Shown here one piece after another: positions 19,415-30,428 of a stretch of 39,903 nucleotides of DNA. Position numbers and translations under genes: made by a program. The stretch's first letter is position 1; the number at the start of each line of letters is the position of its first letter. The notes beneath the pieces were generated by a model that saw only the letters and a program-made list of their open reading frames with translations, made no database searches and was not told the DNA's origin. Source of the stretch: an uncultured Enterobacteriaceae bacterium (GTDB taxonomy: Bacteria; Pseudomonadota; Gammaproteobacteria; Burkholderiales; SG8-39); contig CAZJJC010000219.1 in NCBI GenBank assembly GCA_964546195.1, positions 1-39,903 on the forward strand, given 5' to 3'.

Positions 19415-19919
19415 AACGCTGATCCTCGGCGGCGTGGCTGTGGGCGCCGCTGCGATCGGCGGCGTAGTGGGCGCTTTGGCCCTCCAGTCGCAAAGCGGGA
19501 TCGCCGAGCTGCTGGGCAGATCCTTCGTCGACCTCTCCGGGGTGTCGCACCGGCTGCTCGATTGGCAGGGCAAGGCATTGCTGTGCAATTTCTGGGCGAC
19601 TTGGTGCGCTCCGTGCCGGGAAGAGATCCCTCTGCTAAACGCCGCCCAGCAAAAACATGGAGTTAAAAGTCTCCAAGTGGTCGGCATCGCCATCGATAAT
19701 GCCACTAACGTCTCCGAATTCGCCAAATCGACTAATATCGGCTATCCGATCCTGCTAGCCGACGCCACGGCCATAGAAGTCATGCGCCGCCTGGGCAACC
19801 GCGGCGGCGGCCTGCCCTTCACCGTGGCGCTGGACCGCTATGGAAGGCTGGTGGAGCGCAAGCTCGGGGCCTATGCCGCGACCGAACTGGCCGCCACAAT
19901 TGAACGCTTGTTGCAGTAA
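19395..19919 (+). CDS. TlpA/ResA-like periplasmic thiol:disulfide oxidoreductase
   Basis: ATG 19395: [23 protein letters not shown] (TM/Tat-like anchor) and thioredoxin motif FWATWCAPC. Confidence 0.85.
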   Translation: MNPGRRETLILGGVAVGAAAIGGVVGALALQSQSGIAELLGRSFVDLSGVSHRLLDWQGKALLCNFWATWCAPCREEIPLLNAAQQKHGVKSLQVVGIAIDNATNVSEFAKSTNIGYPILLADATAIEVMRRLGNRGGGLPFTVALDRYGRLVERKLGAYAATELAATIERLLQ

Positions 19920-19987
19920 AATGCAGGCTTCTGCGGCGAAAACATGGCAAAAACCAAGAATGCTGCAAACCGGGTAGGCGGGCTCTG

Positions 19988-20434
19988 ATGGACCTGCGCA
20001 AGCTGAAGAAGCTCATCGACCTGGTGCAGGAGTCCGGCATCGCCGAGCTCGAGATCACCGAGGGCGAGGAAAAGGTCAGGATCGTGAAGGGCGGCGGGGT
20101 CAGCGTATCGAGCGCGGCCGGCGCGCCGCCGCACCCCGTGGAAGCGCGGCCGGCCGCAGCGGCCGCCGCCGCGCCGGTCGAGCCGCCGCCGGGCCAGGAG
20201 GGCCCGGTCGTCAAGGCGCCCATGGTCGGCACCTTCTACCGCTCGCCGTCGCCGGACGCCAAGCCTTTCGTCGAGGTCGGTCAGACGGTGAAGGAGGGCG
20301 ACACGATCTGCATCATCGAGGCGATGAAGCTCATGAACGAGATCGAGGCCGACGCATCCGGCGTGGTGAAGGCCATCCTGGTCGAGAACGGCCAGCCGGT
20401 CGAATACGGCCAGCCGCTTTTCCTCCTCGGCTGA
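19988..20434 (+). CDS. accB: Biotin carboxyl carrier protein of acetyl-CoA carboxylase
   Basis: Ala/Pro-rich linker and biotinylation motif [11 protein letters not shown]. 148 aa. Confidence 0.94.
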   Translation: MDLRKLKKLIDLVQESGIAELEITEGEEKVRIVKGGGVSVSSAAGAPPHPVEARPAAAAAAAPVEPPPGQEGPVVKAPMVGTFYRSPSPDAKPFVEVGQTVKEGDTICIIEAMKLMNEIEADASGVVKAILVENGQPVEYGQPLFLLG

Positions 20435-21793
20435 ATGTTCGGCAAGATCCTGATCGCCAACCGCGGCGAGATCGCGCTGCGCATCCAGCGCGCCTGCCGC
20501 GAGATGGGCATCCGCACGGTGGTGGTGCATTCCGAGGCAGACACCGAGGCGAAGTACGTCAAGCTGGCCGACGAATCCGTGTGCATCGGCCCGCCGCCGG
20601 CGGCGGCGAGCTACCTGAACATTCCGGCGATCATCAGCGCTGCGGAGGTGACCGACGCCGAAGCCATCCATCCGGGATACGGCTTTCTTTCCGAGAATGC
20701 CGATTTCGCCGAAAAGGTGGAGCGCTCCGGGTTCGCCTTCATCGGCCCGCGGCCGGAGAACATCCGCCTGATGGGCGACAAGGTGAGCGCCAAGCAGGCG
20801 ATGACCAAGGCGGGGGTGCCCTGCGTGCCCGGCTCGGAGGGCGCGCTGCCCGACGACCCGAAGGAGGTAGTGCGCATCGCGCGCAAGGTCGGCTATCCGG
20901 TGATCATCAAGGCCTCCGGCGGCGGCGGCGGGCGCGGCATGCGCGTGGTGCATACCGAAGCGGCGCTGCTGAACGCCGTCAACATGACCCGCGCCGAGGC
21001 GCAGGCGGCGTTCGCCAATCCAGTGGTGTACCTCGAGCGCTACCTCGAGCAGCCGCGCCATATCGAGATCCAGGTGCTGGCCGATGCGCACAAGAACGCG
21101 GTCTTCCTCGGCGAGCGCGACTGCTCGCTGCAGCGCCGCCACCAGAAAGTGATCGAAGAGGCGCCGGCCCCCGACCTGCCAGCCAAGGTGCGCGACAAGA
21201 TCGGCGAGCGCTGCGTCGACGCCTGCCGCAGGATCGGCTACCGCGGCGCGGGCACTTTCGAGTTCCTGTTCGAGGGCGGCGAATTTTTCTTCATCGAAAT
21301 GAACACCCGGGTGCAGGTCGAGCACCCGGTGACCGAGATGATCACCGGCATAGACATCGTGCAGGAACAGATCCATATCGCCGCGGGCGAGAAGCTGCGC
21401 TTCCGGCAGAAGGACATCCAGATGCGCGGCCACGCCATGGAATGCCGCATCAACGCCGAGGATCCGTACCGCTTCACGCCTTCGCCGGGCAAGATCACCT
21501 CCTACCATCCGCCGGGGGGGCCCGGCATCCGCGTGGACTCGCACGTGTACCAGGGCTACACCGTGCCGCCGAACTACGACTCGATGGTCGGCAAGGTGAT
21601 CGCCTACGGCGCGACCCGCGAGCAGGCGATGAGCCGCATGCGCATCGCGCTGTCCGAGATGGTGGTGGAGGGCATCCAGACCAACATCCCGCTGCACCGG
21701 GAGCTGCTGAACGACACGGGTTTCATGCGCGGCGCCGTTTCGATCCATTACCTCGAGCAGAAGCTGGCCCAGGAGCAGAAGAAAAAGAAGTAA
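20435..21793 (+). CDS. accC: Biotin carboxylase
   Basis: [17 protein letters not shown]..., ATP-grasp region [10 protein letters not shown], 452 aa. It starts on the nucleotide after the accB stop. Confidence 0.95.
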   Translation: MFGKILIANRGEIALRIQRACREMGIRTVVVHSEADTEAKYVKLADESVCIGPPPAAASYLNIPAIISAAEVTDAEAIHPGYGFLSENADFAEKVERSGFAFIGPRPENIRLMGDKVSAKQAMTKAGVPCVPGSEGALPDDPKEVVRIARKVGYPVIIKASGGGGGRGMRVVHTEAALLNAVNMTRAEAQAAFANPVVYLERYLEQPRHIEIQVLADAHKNAVFLGERDCSLQRRHQKVIEEAPAPDLPAKVRDKIGERCVDACRRIGYRGAGTFEFLFEGGEFFFIEMNTRVQVEHPVTEMITGIDIVQEQIHIAAGEKLRFRQKDIQMRGHAMECRINAEDPYRFTPSPGKITSYHPPGGPGIRVDSHVYQGYTVPPNYDSMVGKVIAYGATREQAMSRMRIALSEMVVEGIQTNIPLHRELLNDTGFMRGAVSIHYLEQKLAQEQKKKK

Positions 21794-22620
21794 TGCCGTG
21801 GCTCGAACTCTCGCTCGAGCTGGACCCCGCGGCCGCGGAGGCATTCAGCGAGGCGCTGCTCGAGGCAGGCGCGGCTTCGGTGTCGCTGGACAATCTGGGC
21901 GCCGCCCGGCATGCGCTGCGTGCGCTGCTTTCCAGTGGCAGCAACCCGCGGCAGGTCGTCGCGGCGGCGACCGCGCTGGCCGGGCTCGGGGCGGCTCCCG
22001 CATTCTCCATGATCGAGATTGCCGATGAGGACTGGGTGCGCAACAGCCAGGCGCAATTCGCCCCCTCCGAGATCGGCGCGCGCCTGTGGATCGGGGCGAC
22101 GTGGCACCGGGCGCCTGCCGGCCGCGTCGCAGTGCGAATCGATCCGGGCCTCGCCTTCGGCACCGGGACGCATCCAACGACCCGATTGGTGCTGCTCTTT
22201 CTGGAACGATCCATTCGCGGAGGCGAGCGCGTCCTCGATTACGGCTGCGGCTCCGGTATATTGGCGATCGCCGCCGCCAAGCTCGGCGCGGTGCGCATCG
22301 ACGGCGTCGACCTGGATCCCCAGGCGGTGGCAGTCGCCGCGGCCAACGCGCGCGCGAACCGCGTCGTCTTGCATGCGGCGCTACCGGAGGCGCTCCCCAC
22401 GGCGAGCTACGACATCGTGGTGTCCAACATCCTTGCCCAGCCGCTGATCGTCCTTGCGCCCCTGCTCGCCGCGCGCGCCGCGCCGCGCGGCCGCCTCGCG
22501 CTTTCGGGCATCCTGGAGCCGCAGGCCGCCGAGGTCCTCGCGGCCTACCTTCCGTGGTTTGAGATCCAGATCGATCAAACCGAGGACGGCTGGGCCCTGC
22601 TCGCCGGGATGCGCAGATGA
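21793..22620 (+). CDS. prmA: Ribosomal protein L11 methyltransferase
   Basis: ATG 21793 (TAATG overlap with accC): [11 protein letters not shown]..., GTGTHPTT and SAM motif VLDYGCGSGILAIAA. Confidence 0.9.
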   Translation: MPWLELSLELDPAAAEAFSEALLEAGAASVSLDNLGAARHALRALLSSGSNPRQVVAAATALAGLGAAPAFSMIEIADEDWVRNSQAQFAPSEIGARLWIGATWHRAPAGRVAVRIDPGLAFGTGTHPTTRLVLLFLERSIRGGERVLDYGCGSGILAIAAAKLGAVRIDGVDLDPQAVAVAAANARANRVVLHAALPEALPTASYDIVVSNILAQPLIVLAPLLAARAAPRGRLALSGILEPQAAEVLAAYLPWFEIQIDQTEDGWALLAGMRR

Positions 22621-23378
22621 GCCTCATCACCCGCTGTCCGAGCTGCGCAACCGCGTTTCGCGTGCTGCCCGGCCAGCTGTCGGCGAGCGCGGGCCGCGTG
22701 CGCTGCGGCAAATGCGGCACGGTGTTCGACGGGATTGCCGCGCTGGTGGAGGAGGGCAACGCGCCGCCGCTGCTGTCCGGGCCCTCGCCGCAACTCGGCC
22801 TGTTCGATCCCTCGCGCAAGCCGGTGCCGGGCGAGCCGCGCGACAGGGACGAGCCGCTGCCGGCGTTCATGGCCGAGGGCCTGCGGCCGCCCAGGCGCGG
22901 CCTGTGGTGGACCCTTGCGCTGCTCGCGGCGCTCGCGCTGGCGGCGCAGGCGGCGTATCACTTGCGCTCCGAGATCGCCGCCGGCGTGCCGGCCGCGCGC
23001 CCTGCGCTGGACGAGGCTTGCCGGCTGCTCGGCTGCGAAGTGCCGCTGCCCCGCCAGCTCAAGCTGCTGAGCATCGACTCCTACGAGGTGCGGGCCGATC
23101 CGCGGCGCGACGGCGTCATCGTGCTGAACGCCGTGATCCGCAACCGGGCGCCCTTTGCCCAGGCCTATCCGGCGCTGCAGTTCGCTCTCACCGACGACTC
23201 GGGCCGCGATCTTGTGAGCCGCGTGCTTTCGCCGCGCGAGTACCTGGAAGCCGCCAAGGCCGACGGCCTGATCGGCAAGGGCATCGACGCGAGCGGCGAC
23301 GCGTCGCTCACGGTTTACCTCGAAACCGGCCGCACCCGCGCCAGCGGCTACCGCCTGGAGCTTTTCTATCCCACATGA
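22617..23378 (+). CDS. Zinc-ribbon (MJ0042-type) / DUF3426-like membrane protein
   Basis: MSLITRCPSCATAFRV...RVRCGKCGTVFDG zinc ribbon, one TM segment (WWTLALLAALALAAQAAY) and a C-terminal beta-rich domain. ATGA overlap with prmA. Confidence 0.75.
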   Translation: MSLITRCPSCATAFRVLPGQLSASAGRVRCGKCGTVFDGIAALVEEGNAPPLLSGPSPQLGLFDPSRKPVPGEPRDRDEPLPAFMAEGLRPPRRGLWWTLALLAALALAAQAAYHLRSEIAAGVPAARPALDEACRLLGCEVPLPRQLKLLSIDSYEVRADPRRDGVIVLNAVIRNRAPFAQAYPALQFALTDDSGRDLVSRVLSPREYLEAAKADGLIGKGIDASGDASLTVYLETGRTRASGYRLELFYPT

Positions 23379-24316
23379 GCATCCTCGTCACCGGCTCCAT
23401 CGCCTACGACACGATCATGGTGTTCCCCGACCGCTTCAGGAACCACCTGCTGCCCGACCAGCTGCACATCCTCAATGTGTGCTTCCTTACCCCCGAGATG
23501 CGGCGCGAGTACGGCGGCACCGCCGGAAACATCGCGTACAACCTGCGCCTGCTCGGCGAGGCTCCGTTGGTCATGGCAACGGTGGGCGAGGACAGCGATG
23601 CCTATCTCACGCGCTTTGCCAGGCTGGGCATCGGCACCGGGCACTTGAAGCGCATACCGGGCCAGTTCACCGCCCAGGGCTTCATCACCACCGACCTGGA
23701 CAACAACCAGATCACCAACTTCCATCCCGGCGCGATGAACTACTCGCACCAGAACCATGTCACGCCCAGCCTCGGCGCGCGCCTCGCCATCATCGGGCCC
23801 GACGGCAAGCAGGGCATGCAGCAGCACGCGCGCGAATGCGCCGAGCTGGGCGTGCCCTTCCTGTTCGACCCGGGCCAGGGGCTGCCCATGTTCTCGGGCG
23901 ACGAGCTGGGCGAGTTGCTGCGGCTTGCCGACTATGTCGCCGTGAACGACTACGAGGGCAAGCTGCTCGAGGAGAAGACCGGCCGCAAGCTCCTGGACAT
24001 CGCGCGCGACGTCAAAGCGCTCGTCTACACCCAGGGGGCGCGCGGCTCGATCATCTTTGCCGGCGGTCAACGCCACGACATCCCGAGCGTTCAAGCCGAC
24101 GGCGTGGTCGACCCCACCGGCTGCGGCGACGCCTACCGCGCCGGGCTGCTGTACGGGATCTCGCACAGATGGGACTGGCCGTCCACGGGTAAACTCGGGT
24201 CCGTGATGGGCGCGATCAAGATCGCGCAGCGGGGAGGGCAGAACCACGCCCTGCCCGAAGAAGAAATACAGGCGCGCTTCAAGCGCGCTTTCGGCTACTC
24301 GCCGTGGAAAGGATGA
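23375..24316 (+). CDS. PfkB-family carbohydrate/nucleoside kinase
   Basis: ATG 23375 (ATGA overlap): MSILVTGSIAYDTIM... and C-terminal anion-hole motif DPTGCGDAYRAG. Confidence 0.85.
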   Translation: MSILVTGSIAYDTIMVFPDRFRNHLLPDQLHILNVCFLTPEMRREYGGTAGNIAYNLRLLGEAPLVMATVGEDSDAYLTRFARLGIGTGHLKRIPGQFTAQGFITTDLDNNQITNFHPGAMNYSHQNHVTPSLGARLAIIGPDGKQGMQQHARECAELGVPFLFDPGQGLPMFSGDELGELLRLADYVAVNDYEGKLLEEKTGRKLLDIARDVKALVYTQGARGSIIFAGGQRHDIPSVQADGVVDPTGCGDAYRAGLLYGISHRWDWPSTGKLGSVMGAIKIAQRGGQNHALPEEEIQARFKRAFGYSPWKG

Positions 24317-24320
24317 GCTC

Positions 24321-24773
24321 ATGAACCGCACAGCACTCGTCGCCGCCATCGCCCTGTCGGCAACGCTGGCCGGCTGTGCCAGCTCCAGATCGGGCGATGT
24401 CTACTCCCGCGAGGAGGCCCTGCGCGAGCAAAGCGTGCGTCTGGCCACCGTCGAGTCGGTGAGGCCGGTCACGATCCAGGGCACGCGCTCGGGCATCGGC
24501 GCGGCAGCCGGCGGCATCGTCGGCGGCGTCGCGGGCAGCGGCGTCGGGCACGGCAAGGGCGCGACGATCGCCGGGGTGCTGGGCGCGGTCGGCGGCGGGG
24601 TAGCCGGGCAGGCGCTCGAGGAAGGCACGACTCGCAGGAGCGGCGTGGAGATCACCGTGCGGCTGCAAAACGGCGAGCTGCGCGCGATCGTGCAGGAGGA
24701 AACCGACAAGTTCACCCCCGGCCAGCGCGTGCGCCTGCTGACTTCCGGCGGGGTTACGCGAGTTTCGCCCTGA
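24321..24773 (+). CDS. slyB: Glycine-zipper outer-membrane lipoprotein (SlyB/17-kDa antigen-like)
   Basis: Lipobox LAGC. Glycine zipper GAAAGGIVGGVAGSGVGHGKGATIAGVLGAVGGGVAG. Confidence 0.82.
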   Translation: MNRTALVAAIALSATLAGCASSRSGDVYSREEALREQSVRLATVESVRPVTIQGTRSGIGAAAGGIVGGVAGSGVGHGKGATIAGVLGAVGGGVAGQALEEGTTRRSGVEITVRLQNGELRAIVQEETDKFTPGQRVRLLTSGGVTRVSP

Positions 24774-25170
24774 TCTTCTCCGCGTACTCGGCCAGCTTTT
24801 CGCGCGGCGGATTCTTCACCGGCCAGCTGAGCTCCATGCCGTCGCGCTCGTGCCGCGGCACCAAGTGGACATGGAAGTGGAACACCGTCTGGCCCGCCGC
24901 GCTGCCGTTGGCCTGATACACCGATAACCCCTGCGGCGAGAACGCGTCGCGGATGGCGCGCGCAACGCGCGTCGCTGCCCGGAACACCCCTGCGGCCTGC
25001 GCATCATCCAGCGCATAGATGTTTTCGGCGTGCCGCTTCACCGCCACCAGCACGTGGCCGGGATTCACCTGGCCGATGTCCATGAAGGCGAGCGTGTGCT
25101 CGTCTTCGTGCACCAGCGCAGCCGGGATCTGCTTCGCCACGATCTTGCAGAACACGCAGTGATCCATCAT
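24754..25170 (-). CDS. HIT-family nucleotide hydrolase/transferase
   Basis: Histidine triad HFHVHLVP and N-terminal CVFCKI. 138 aa. Its 3' end overlaps the convergent slyB-like gene by 20 nt. Confidence 0.9.
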   Translation of the reverse strand: MMDHCVFCKIVAKQIPAALVHEDEHTLAFMDIGQVNPGHVLVAVKRHAENIYALDDAQAAGVFRAATRVARAIRDAFSPQGLSVYQANGSAAGQTVFHFHVHLVPRHERDGMELSWPVKNPPREKLAEYAEKIRAKLA

Positions 25171-25976
25171 TCACCCCCGGCAGCCTGGTAACCCGCGCAT
25201 GGTACTTGGAACAGGGCCCGGTCCTCGAGCCGCATCGCGGTAAGCTTGCCCCCCCACACGCAGCCGCTATCCAGCGCCGCCAGCTTGTCCTTCGTCTTGG
25301 GCCCCAGGGCGGACCAATGGCCGCACACGATGGTTTGCGAATCTTCCTTTCGAAGATCAAACCAAGCCGAATAACCCGGCGGCGGCGTCGTGCCCTTGGC
25401 GCGGAAATCCATCCTGCCCTCCGGCGTGCAAAAGCGCAGCCGCGTCATCGCATTCACGATGACCCGCAGCCGGTCCCAGCCGGCGAGCGAATCGCTCCAC
25501 TGGTCCGGCAGGCTGCCGTACATGTTCTTCAGGAACTCCCGGTAGTTCGATGCCGCCAGGGCAGCCTCGATTTCATTCCCCAAGGAAAACGCCTGCTTGA
25601 TGCTCCATTGCGGCAACAGCCCGGCGTGCACCATGGCGTAGCCGCCCTCGACGTGCATCATCGGCCGCGTGCGCAGCCAGTCGACCAGCGCTTTGGCGTC
25701 CGGCGCGCCAAGCACGTCGAGGAAGGTATCGTCCTTGCGCGGGCGCTCGAAGCCTTCGTGCTGCGTCACCAGGTGCAGGTCGTGGTTGCCCAGGACGACA
25801 ACCGCCTCGTCCCCCAGCTCTTTAATGAAACGCAGCACCTCCAGCGACTTCGGGCCGCGGTTGACGAGGTCGCCGACGAACCACAACCGGTCTCCTTGTT
25901 TATGCTTGAACTGCGAAAGCAACTGCCGCAGCTCGTCGAAACACCCCTGCACATCCCCGATTGCGTAAGTAGGCAT
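25167..25976 (-). CDS. apaH: Bis(5'-nucleosyl)-tetraphosphatase, symmetrical
   Basis: Start trimmed to ATG 25976: MPTYAIGDVQGCFDEL...FVGDLVNRGP...LGNHDLHL metallophosphatase motifs. ATGA overlap with the HIT gene. Confidence 0.9.
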   Translation of the reverse strand: MPTYAIGDVQGCFDELRQLLSQFKHKQGDRLWFVGDLVNRGPKSLEVLRFIKELGDEAVVVLGNHDLHLVTQHEGFERPRKDDTFLDVLGAPDAKALVDWLRTRPMMHVEGGYAMVHAGLLPQWSIKQAFSLGNEIEAALAASNYREFLKNMYGSLPDQWSDSLAGWDRLRVIVNAMTRLRFCTPEGRMDFRAKGTTPPPGYSAWFDLRKEDSQTIVCGHWSALGPKTKDKLAALDSGCVWGGKLTAMRLEDRALFQVPCAGYQAAGGE

Positions 25977-25987
25977 CCACTTCCACT

Positions 25988-27486
25988 CTAGAAGCTGGCG
26001 TCGAGACGGCGATACTGTATCGCTTCGGCGATGTGCTCCCCGGTGATGGAGGTCTTTTCCGCCAGGTCGGCGATGGTACGGGCCACGCGCAGCACCCGGT
26101 GATAGGCACGCGCCGACAGGAGCAGCCGGGCGAGCGCATGGCGCAGCAGCTGGTCGCCCTGGCGGTCGGTGCCGCAGTGGCGGTCGATTTCCCGCGTACC
26201 GAGCAGGGCATTCGGCTTGCCCTGTCTTGAGAGCTGCGCTTCCCGCGAGCGCTGCACGCGGCCGCGAATGGCATCGGAGGGCTCGCCCGCCACCGGAGCG
26301 ACCAGCTCGGCTTCGCGCGGCGCGGGCACCTCCAGCTTGATGTCGATGCGGTCGGCGAGCGGGCCCGAAATGCGGCCGCGATAGCGCGCGATGCGCTCGG
26401 GCGTGCAGCGGCAGCGCCCGCTGCGGTCGCCGCAATGCCCGCAGGGGCAGGGATTCATGGCCGCGACAAGCTGGAAGCGCGCCGGAAACTGCGCCTGCCG
26501 CGCCGCGCGCACAATCGACACGCGGCCCGATTCGAGCGGCTCGCGCAGCGCCTCCAGGACGTCGCGGTCGAATTCCGGCAGCTCGTCGAGGAACAGCACG
26601 CCGTGGTGGGCGAGCGAGATCTCGCCCGGGCGCGGCAGGCTGCCTCCGCCCACGAGCGCCGCGCCCGAGGCGCTGTGGTGCGGGGCGCGGAAGGGCCGTA
26701 CGCCCCAGCGCGCGGCGTCGAAGCCGGCGCTCGCCACGGAATGGATCGCCGCGATCTCGAGCGCCTCGCCTTGCGAGAGCCGCGGCAGGATGCCCGGAAA
26801 GCGCGCCGCGAGCATCGACTTCCCGGTGCCCGGCGGCCCCAGCATCAGCACGCTATGGGCGCCGGCGGCCGCCACTTCCAAGGCCCGCTTTACCTGCTGC
26901 TGGCCTTTGACGTCGCTGAAGTCGGGATACTCCGGCCTGGGCGGGGCGCAATCCCGCGTGAACTCGATAAGCGGCGCCTCGCCGGCGAGGTGAGCCACTA
27001 CTTCAAGCAGCGTGCGGGCCGGCAGGATGCGCGCCCCTTCGGCGAGCGCAGCTTGCGGGGCGTTGCCCTCCGGCAAGACGAAAGCGCGGCCTGAGCAGCG
27101 CGCCGAAAGCGCCATCGCCAAAGCCCCCCGCACCGGCCGCAGCTCCCCGGTGAGCGACAACTCGCCCGCGAACTCCAGGCCTTGCAGCGCCTCGAGCGCC
27201 AGTTGACCGCTGGAAGCGAGGATGCCCAGCGCGATCGGCAGATAAAACGGCTCGAGTCCTTCGGCAGCTCGGCCGGCGCGAGGTTGACCGTGATGCGGCG
27301 CGCCGGGAATTCGAAGCGCGCATGATTGAGGGCGGCGCGCACGCGGTCGCGCGCCTCGCGCACTTCGGTATCGGGCAAGCCGACGATATGAAAGGCCGGC
27401 AAACCGGGGCCGAGGTGCACCTCTACGGTCACCTCGGGCGCCTCGATGCCGGCGAGCGCGCGGCTTGCCACGATCGCGACCGACAA
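25988..27486 (-). pseudogene. comM: ComM/YifB Mg-chelatase-family AAA+ protein, reading frame broken by a 1-nt indel near 27242..27247
   Basis: The N-terminal part lies in track ORF 26998..27531 (SVAIVASRALAGIEAPEVTVEVHL...ITVNLAPAELPKDSSRF). The rest lies in another frame of ORF 25988..27697 (YLPIALGILASSGQL...GPPGTGKS...LFLDELPEF...). The two frames join at a T4 run on the coding strand. Start placed at TTG 27486; TTG 27531 is also possible. Confidence 0.7.
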
Positions 27487-27527
27487 GTTGATCTCCCTTT
27501 TGTGCTGCCGGGAGAGCAACGCGCAGC

Positions 27528-27770
27528 TCAAGCAGGGGGTTTACGCGCCTCGAGCTCGGCAATGCGGGATTCGAGCTCGGCAAGCTTGGCCTGCGCGCGC
27601 TCGAGCAGCTTCTGCTGCACCTCGAAGTCCTCGCGCAGCACGAGGTCCATCCGCGCAAATCCCGCGGCGAGCAAGGCCTTGAGGTTTTTCTCCACATCCT
27701 GGGCAGGCGAGGCGCGAAACGCCTCGCCGATCCGCTCGTTCAGCTCATCGAAGAATCGTTTGTCGATCAT
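27528..27770 (-). CDS. ubiK: UbiK/YqiC (BMFP) accessory factor
   Basis: Start trimmed to ATG 27770: MIDKRFFDELNERIGEAF...REDFEVQQKLLERAQAKLAELESRIAELE. 80 aa with a coiled-coil C-terminus. Confidence 0.8.
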   Translation of the reverse strand: MIDKRFFDELNERIGEAFRASPAQDVEKNLKALLAAGFARMDLVLREDFEVQQKLLERAQAKLAELESRIAELEARKPPA

Positions 27771-27826
27771 GCGACAAGGTAGCGCAGGTCGGGCGCACTG
27801 AAGTCGGGCAAGGGCATGCCGGGTGC

Positions 27827-27841
27827 GCACCGCCCTGGTGC
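27827..27841 (+). promoter_or_regulatory. NtrC-like enhancer half-site pair GCACC-N5-GGTGC
   Basis: tgcGCACCgccctGGTGCgc is a perfect 5-bp inverted repeat with the N5 spacing of the enteric NtrC consensus TGCACC-N5-GGTGCA. It lies about 55-65 nt upstream of the sigma54 -24 element. Confidence 0.35.
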
Positions 27842-27893
27842 GCTGTTTTGCCTGGTATTCATCAACTCCTTGAAAATGCGCTACAAAGCCTCC

Positions 27894-27909
27894 TGGCACA
27901 AGAGGTGCT
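27894..27909 (+). promoter_or_regulatory. Sigma54 (-24/-12) promoter for porin-glnK-amtB
   Basis: TGGCAC-AAGAG-GTGCT compared with consensus TGGCAC-N5-TTGCW: GG and GC correctly spaced, one mismatch. It lies 44 nt upstream of ATG 27952. Confidence 0.55.
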
Positions 27910-27951
27910 AACTCACAGTCGATTCGTCATTCACCCAAAGGGAGACCCCGG

Positions 27952-29029
<1,078 letters not shown>

Positions 29030-29039
29030 GGAGAACGCA

Positions 29040-30428
29040 ATGAAAAGACTGTCTACTTGGCTCGTCATGCTGGCATGCCTGTCCTTTGCTGGGGTCGCGC
29101 TGGCGCAGATTAAGCCGACCGTCGACAAGGGCGATACCACCTGGATGATGGTGTGCACGGCGCTGGTCATCCTCATGACGCTTCCCGGCCTGGCGCTTTT
29201 CTACGGCGGCATGGTGCGCTCCAAGAACACGCTGTCGGTGCTGATGCAGGTCTTCGTCACTTTCTGCCTGATCGCCGTCGTGTGGGTGGTCTACGGCTAT
29301 TCGATGACCTTCACGGGCGGCGGCGCCTTCTTCGGCGGCTTCTCCAAGCTGTTCCTGACGGGCGTGACCGGCGAGTCCCTCGCCGCCACTTTCTCGAAAG
29401 GTGTCGCCATACCGGAGCTCGCGTTCGTCGCCTTCCAGCTCACGTTCGCCGGCATCACCTGCGGGCTGATCGTCGGCTCGTTCGCCGAGCGCATCAAGTT
29501 CTCCGCCGCCCTGGCGTTCGCGGTGCTGTGGTTCACCTTCGCCTACTCGCCGATCGCCCACATGGTGTGGTATTGGGACGGTCCCGACGCGATCACCGAC
29601 GCCGGCAGCCTCGAGACCGTGACGGCCGCCGCAGGCTGGCTGTGGCAGAAGGGCGCGCTCGACTTCGCCGGCGGCACGGTAGTGCACATCAACGCGGGCG
29701 TCGCCGGCCTGGTCGGCGCCTACCTCCTCGGCAAGCGCATCGGCTACGGCAAGGAGTCGATGGCGCCGCACAACCTGCCGCTCACGATGATCGGCGCCTG
29801 CCTGCTGTGGGTGGGCTGGTTCGGCTTCAACGCCGGGTCCAATCTGGAAGCCACCGGTACGGCGGCGGTCGCCTTTCTCAACACCATCGTTGCCACCGCG
29901 GCCGCGGTGCTGGCCTGGCTGCTGGCCGAGTCGCTGGCACGCGGCAAGGCCTCGGCGCTCGGCGCGGCTTCGGGCGCGGTCGCCGGCCTGGTGGCGATCA
30001 CGCCCGCCTGCGGCTTCGTCGGCCTCGCCGGCGCGCTGGTGATCGGGCTGGTGGCCGGGGTGGGCGGCTTCTGGGGCGTAAACGGCCTCAAGCGCATGCT
30101 CGGCGCCGATGACTCGCTGGACGTCTTCGGCGTGCACGGCGTGTGCGGCATCCTCGGGGCGCTGCTCACCGGGGTGTTCGCTGCGCCCGCCCTGGGCGGC
30201 TCGGGGATCTACGACTACGTCGCGAACAAGGTATCCGAGGACTACTCGATCTGGGGCCAGCTCATCACCCAGGCGACCGCCGTCGTCACGACGGTCATCT
30301 GGTCGGGCGTCGTGGCCTTCGTCGCGTTCAAGCTGATCGACCTTACGATCGGGCTACGGGTGACCGAGGAGGACGAGCGCGAGGGCCTCGACACCACGGC
30401 CCACGGCGAAGCGGCCTACCGGATCTAG
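29040..30428 (+). CDS. amtB: Ammonium transporter
   Basis: Start trimmed to ATG 29040 (MKRLSTWLVMLACLSFAGVALA signal peptide). Conserved DFAGGTVVHINAG and LDVFGVHGVCGILGAL segments. Confidence 0.94.
   Translation: MKRLSTWLVMLACLSFAGVALAQIKPTVDKGDTTWMMVCTALVILMTLPGLALFYGGMVRSKNTLSVLMQVFVTFCLIAVVWVVYGYSMTFTGGGAFFGGFSKLFLTGVTGESLAATFSKGVAIPELAFVAFQLTFAGITCGLIVGSFAERIKFSAALAFAVLWFTFAYSPIAHMVWYWDGPDAITDAGSLETVTAAAGWLWQKGALDFAGGTVVHINAGVAGLVGAYLLGKRIGYGKESMAPHNLPLTMIGACLLWVGWFGFNAGSNLEATGTAAVAFLNTIVATAAAVLAWLLAESLARGKASALGAASGAVAGLVAITPACGFVGLAGALVIGLVAGVGGFWGVNGLKRMLGADDSLDVFGVHGVCGILGALLTGVFAAPALGGSGIYDYVANKVSEDYSIWGQLITQATAVVTTVIWSGVVAFVAFKLIDLTIGLRVTEEDEREGLDTTAHGEAAYRI

Noticed and set aside
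19620-19760. Locally AT-richer patch with A/T-ending codons inside the tlpA-like gene, as a possible mosaic or horizontally acquired segment
   Set aside because: Similar short low-GC patches occur inside clearly native genes, such as hemL around 11080..11140 and 11470..11580. This looks like normal within-gene variation. I could not compute statistics to support a transfer claim.
19871-21844. 657-aa minus-strand ORF opposite accB/accC
   Set aside because: accB and accC are unmistakable on the + strand. The antisense translation is low complexity (runs of R, A, H, D, L).
27236-27250. Programmed -1 ribosomal frameshift as an explanation for the comM frame break
   Set aside because: The frame change is formally -1 at CGU UUU AUC, but this is not an X XXY YYZ slippery heptamer. 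I see no obvious downstream stem-loop, and comM is not known to use recoding. An indel or a homopolymer read error is more parsimonious.
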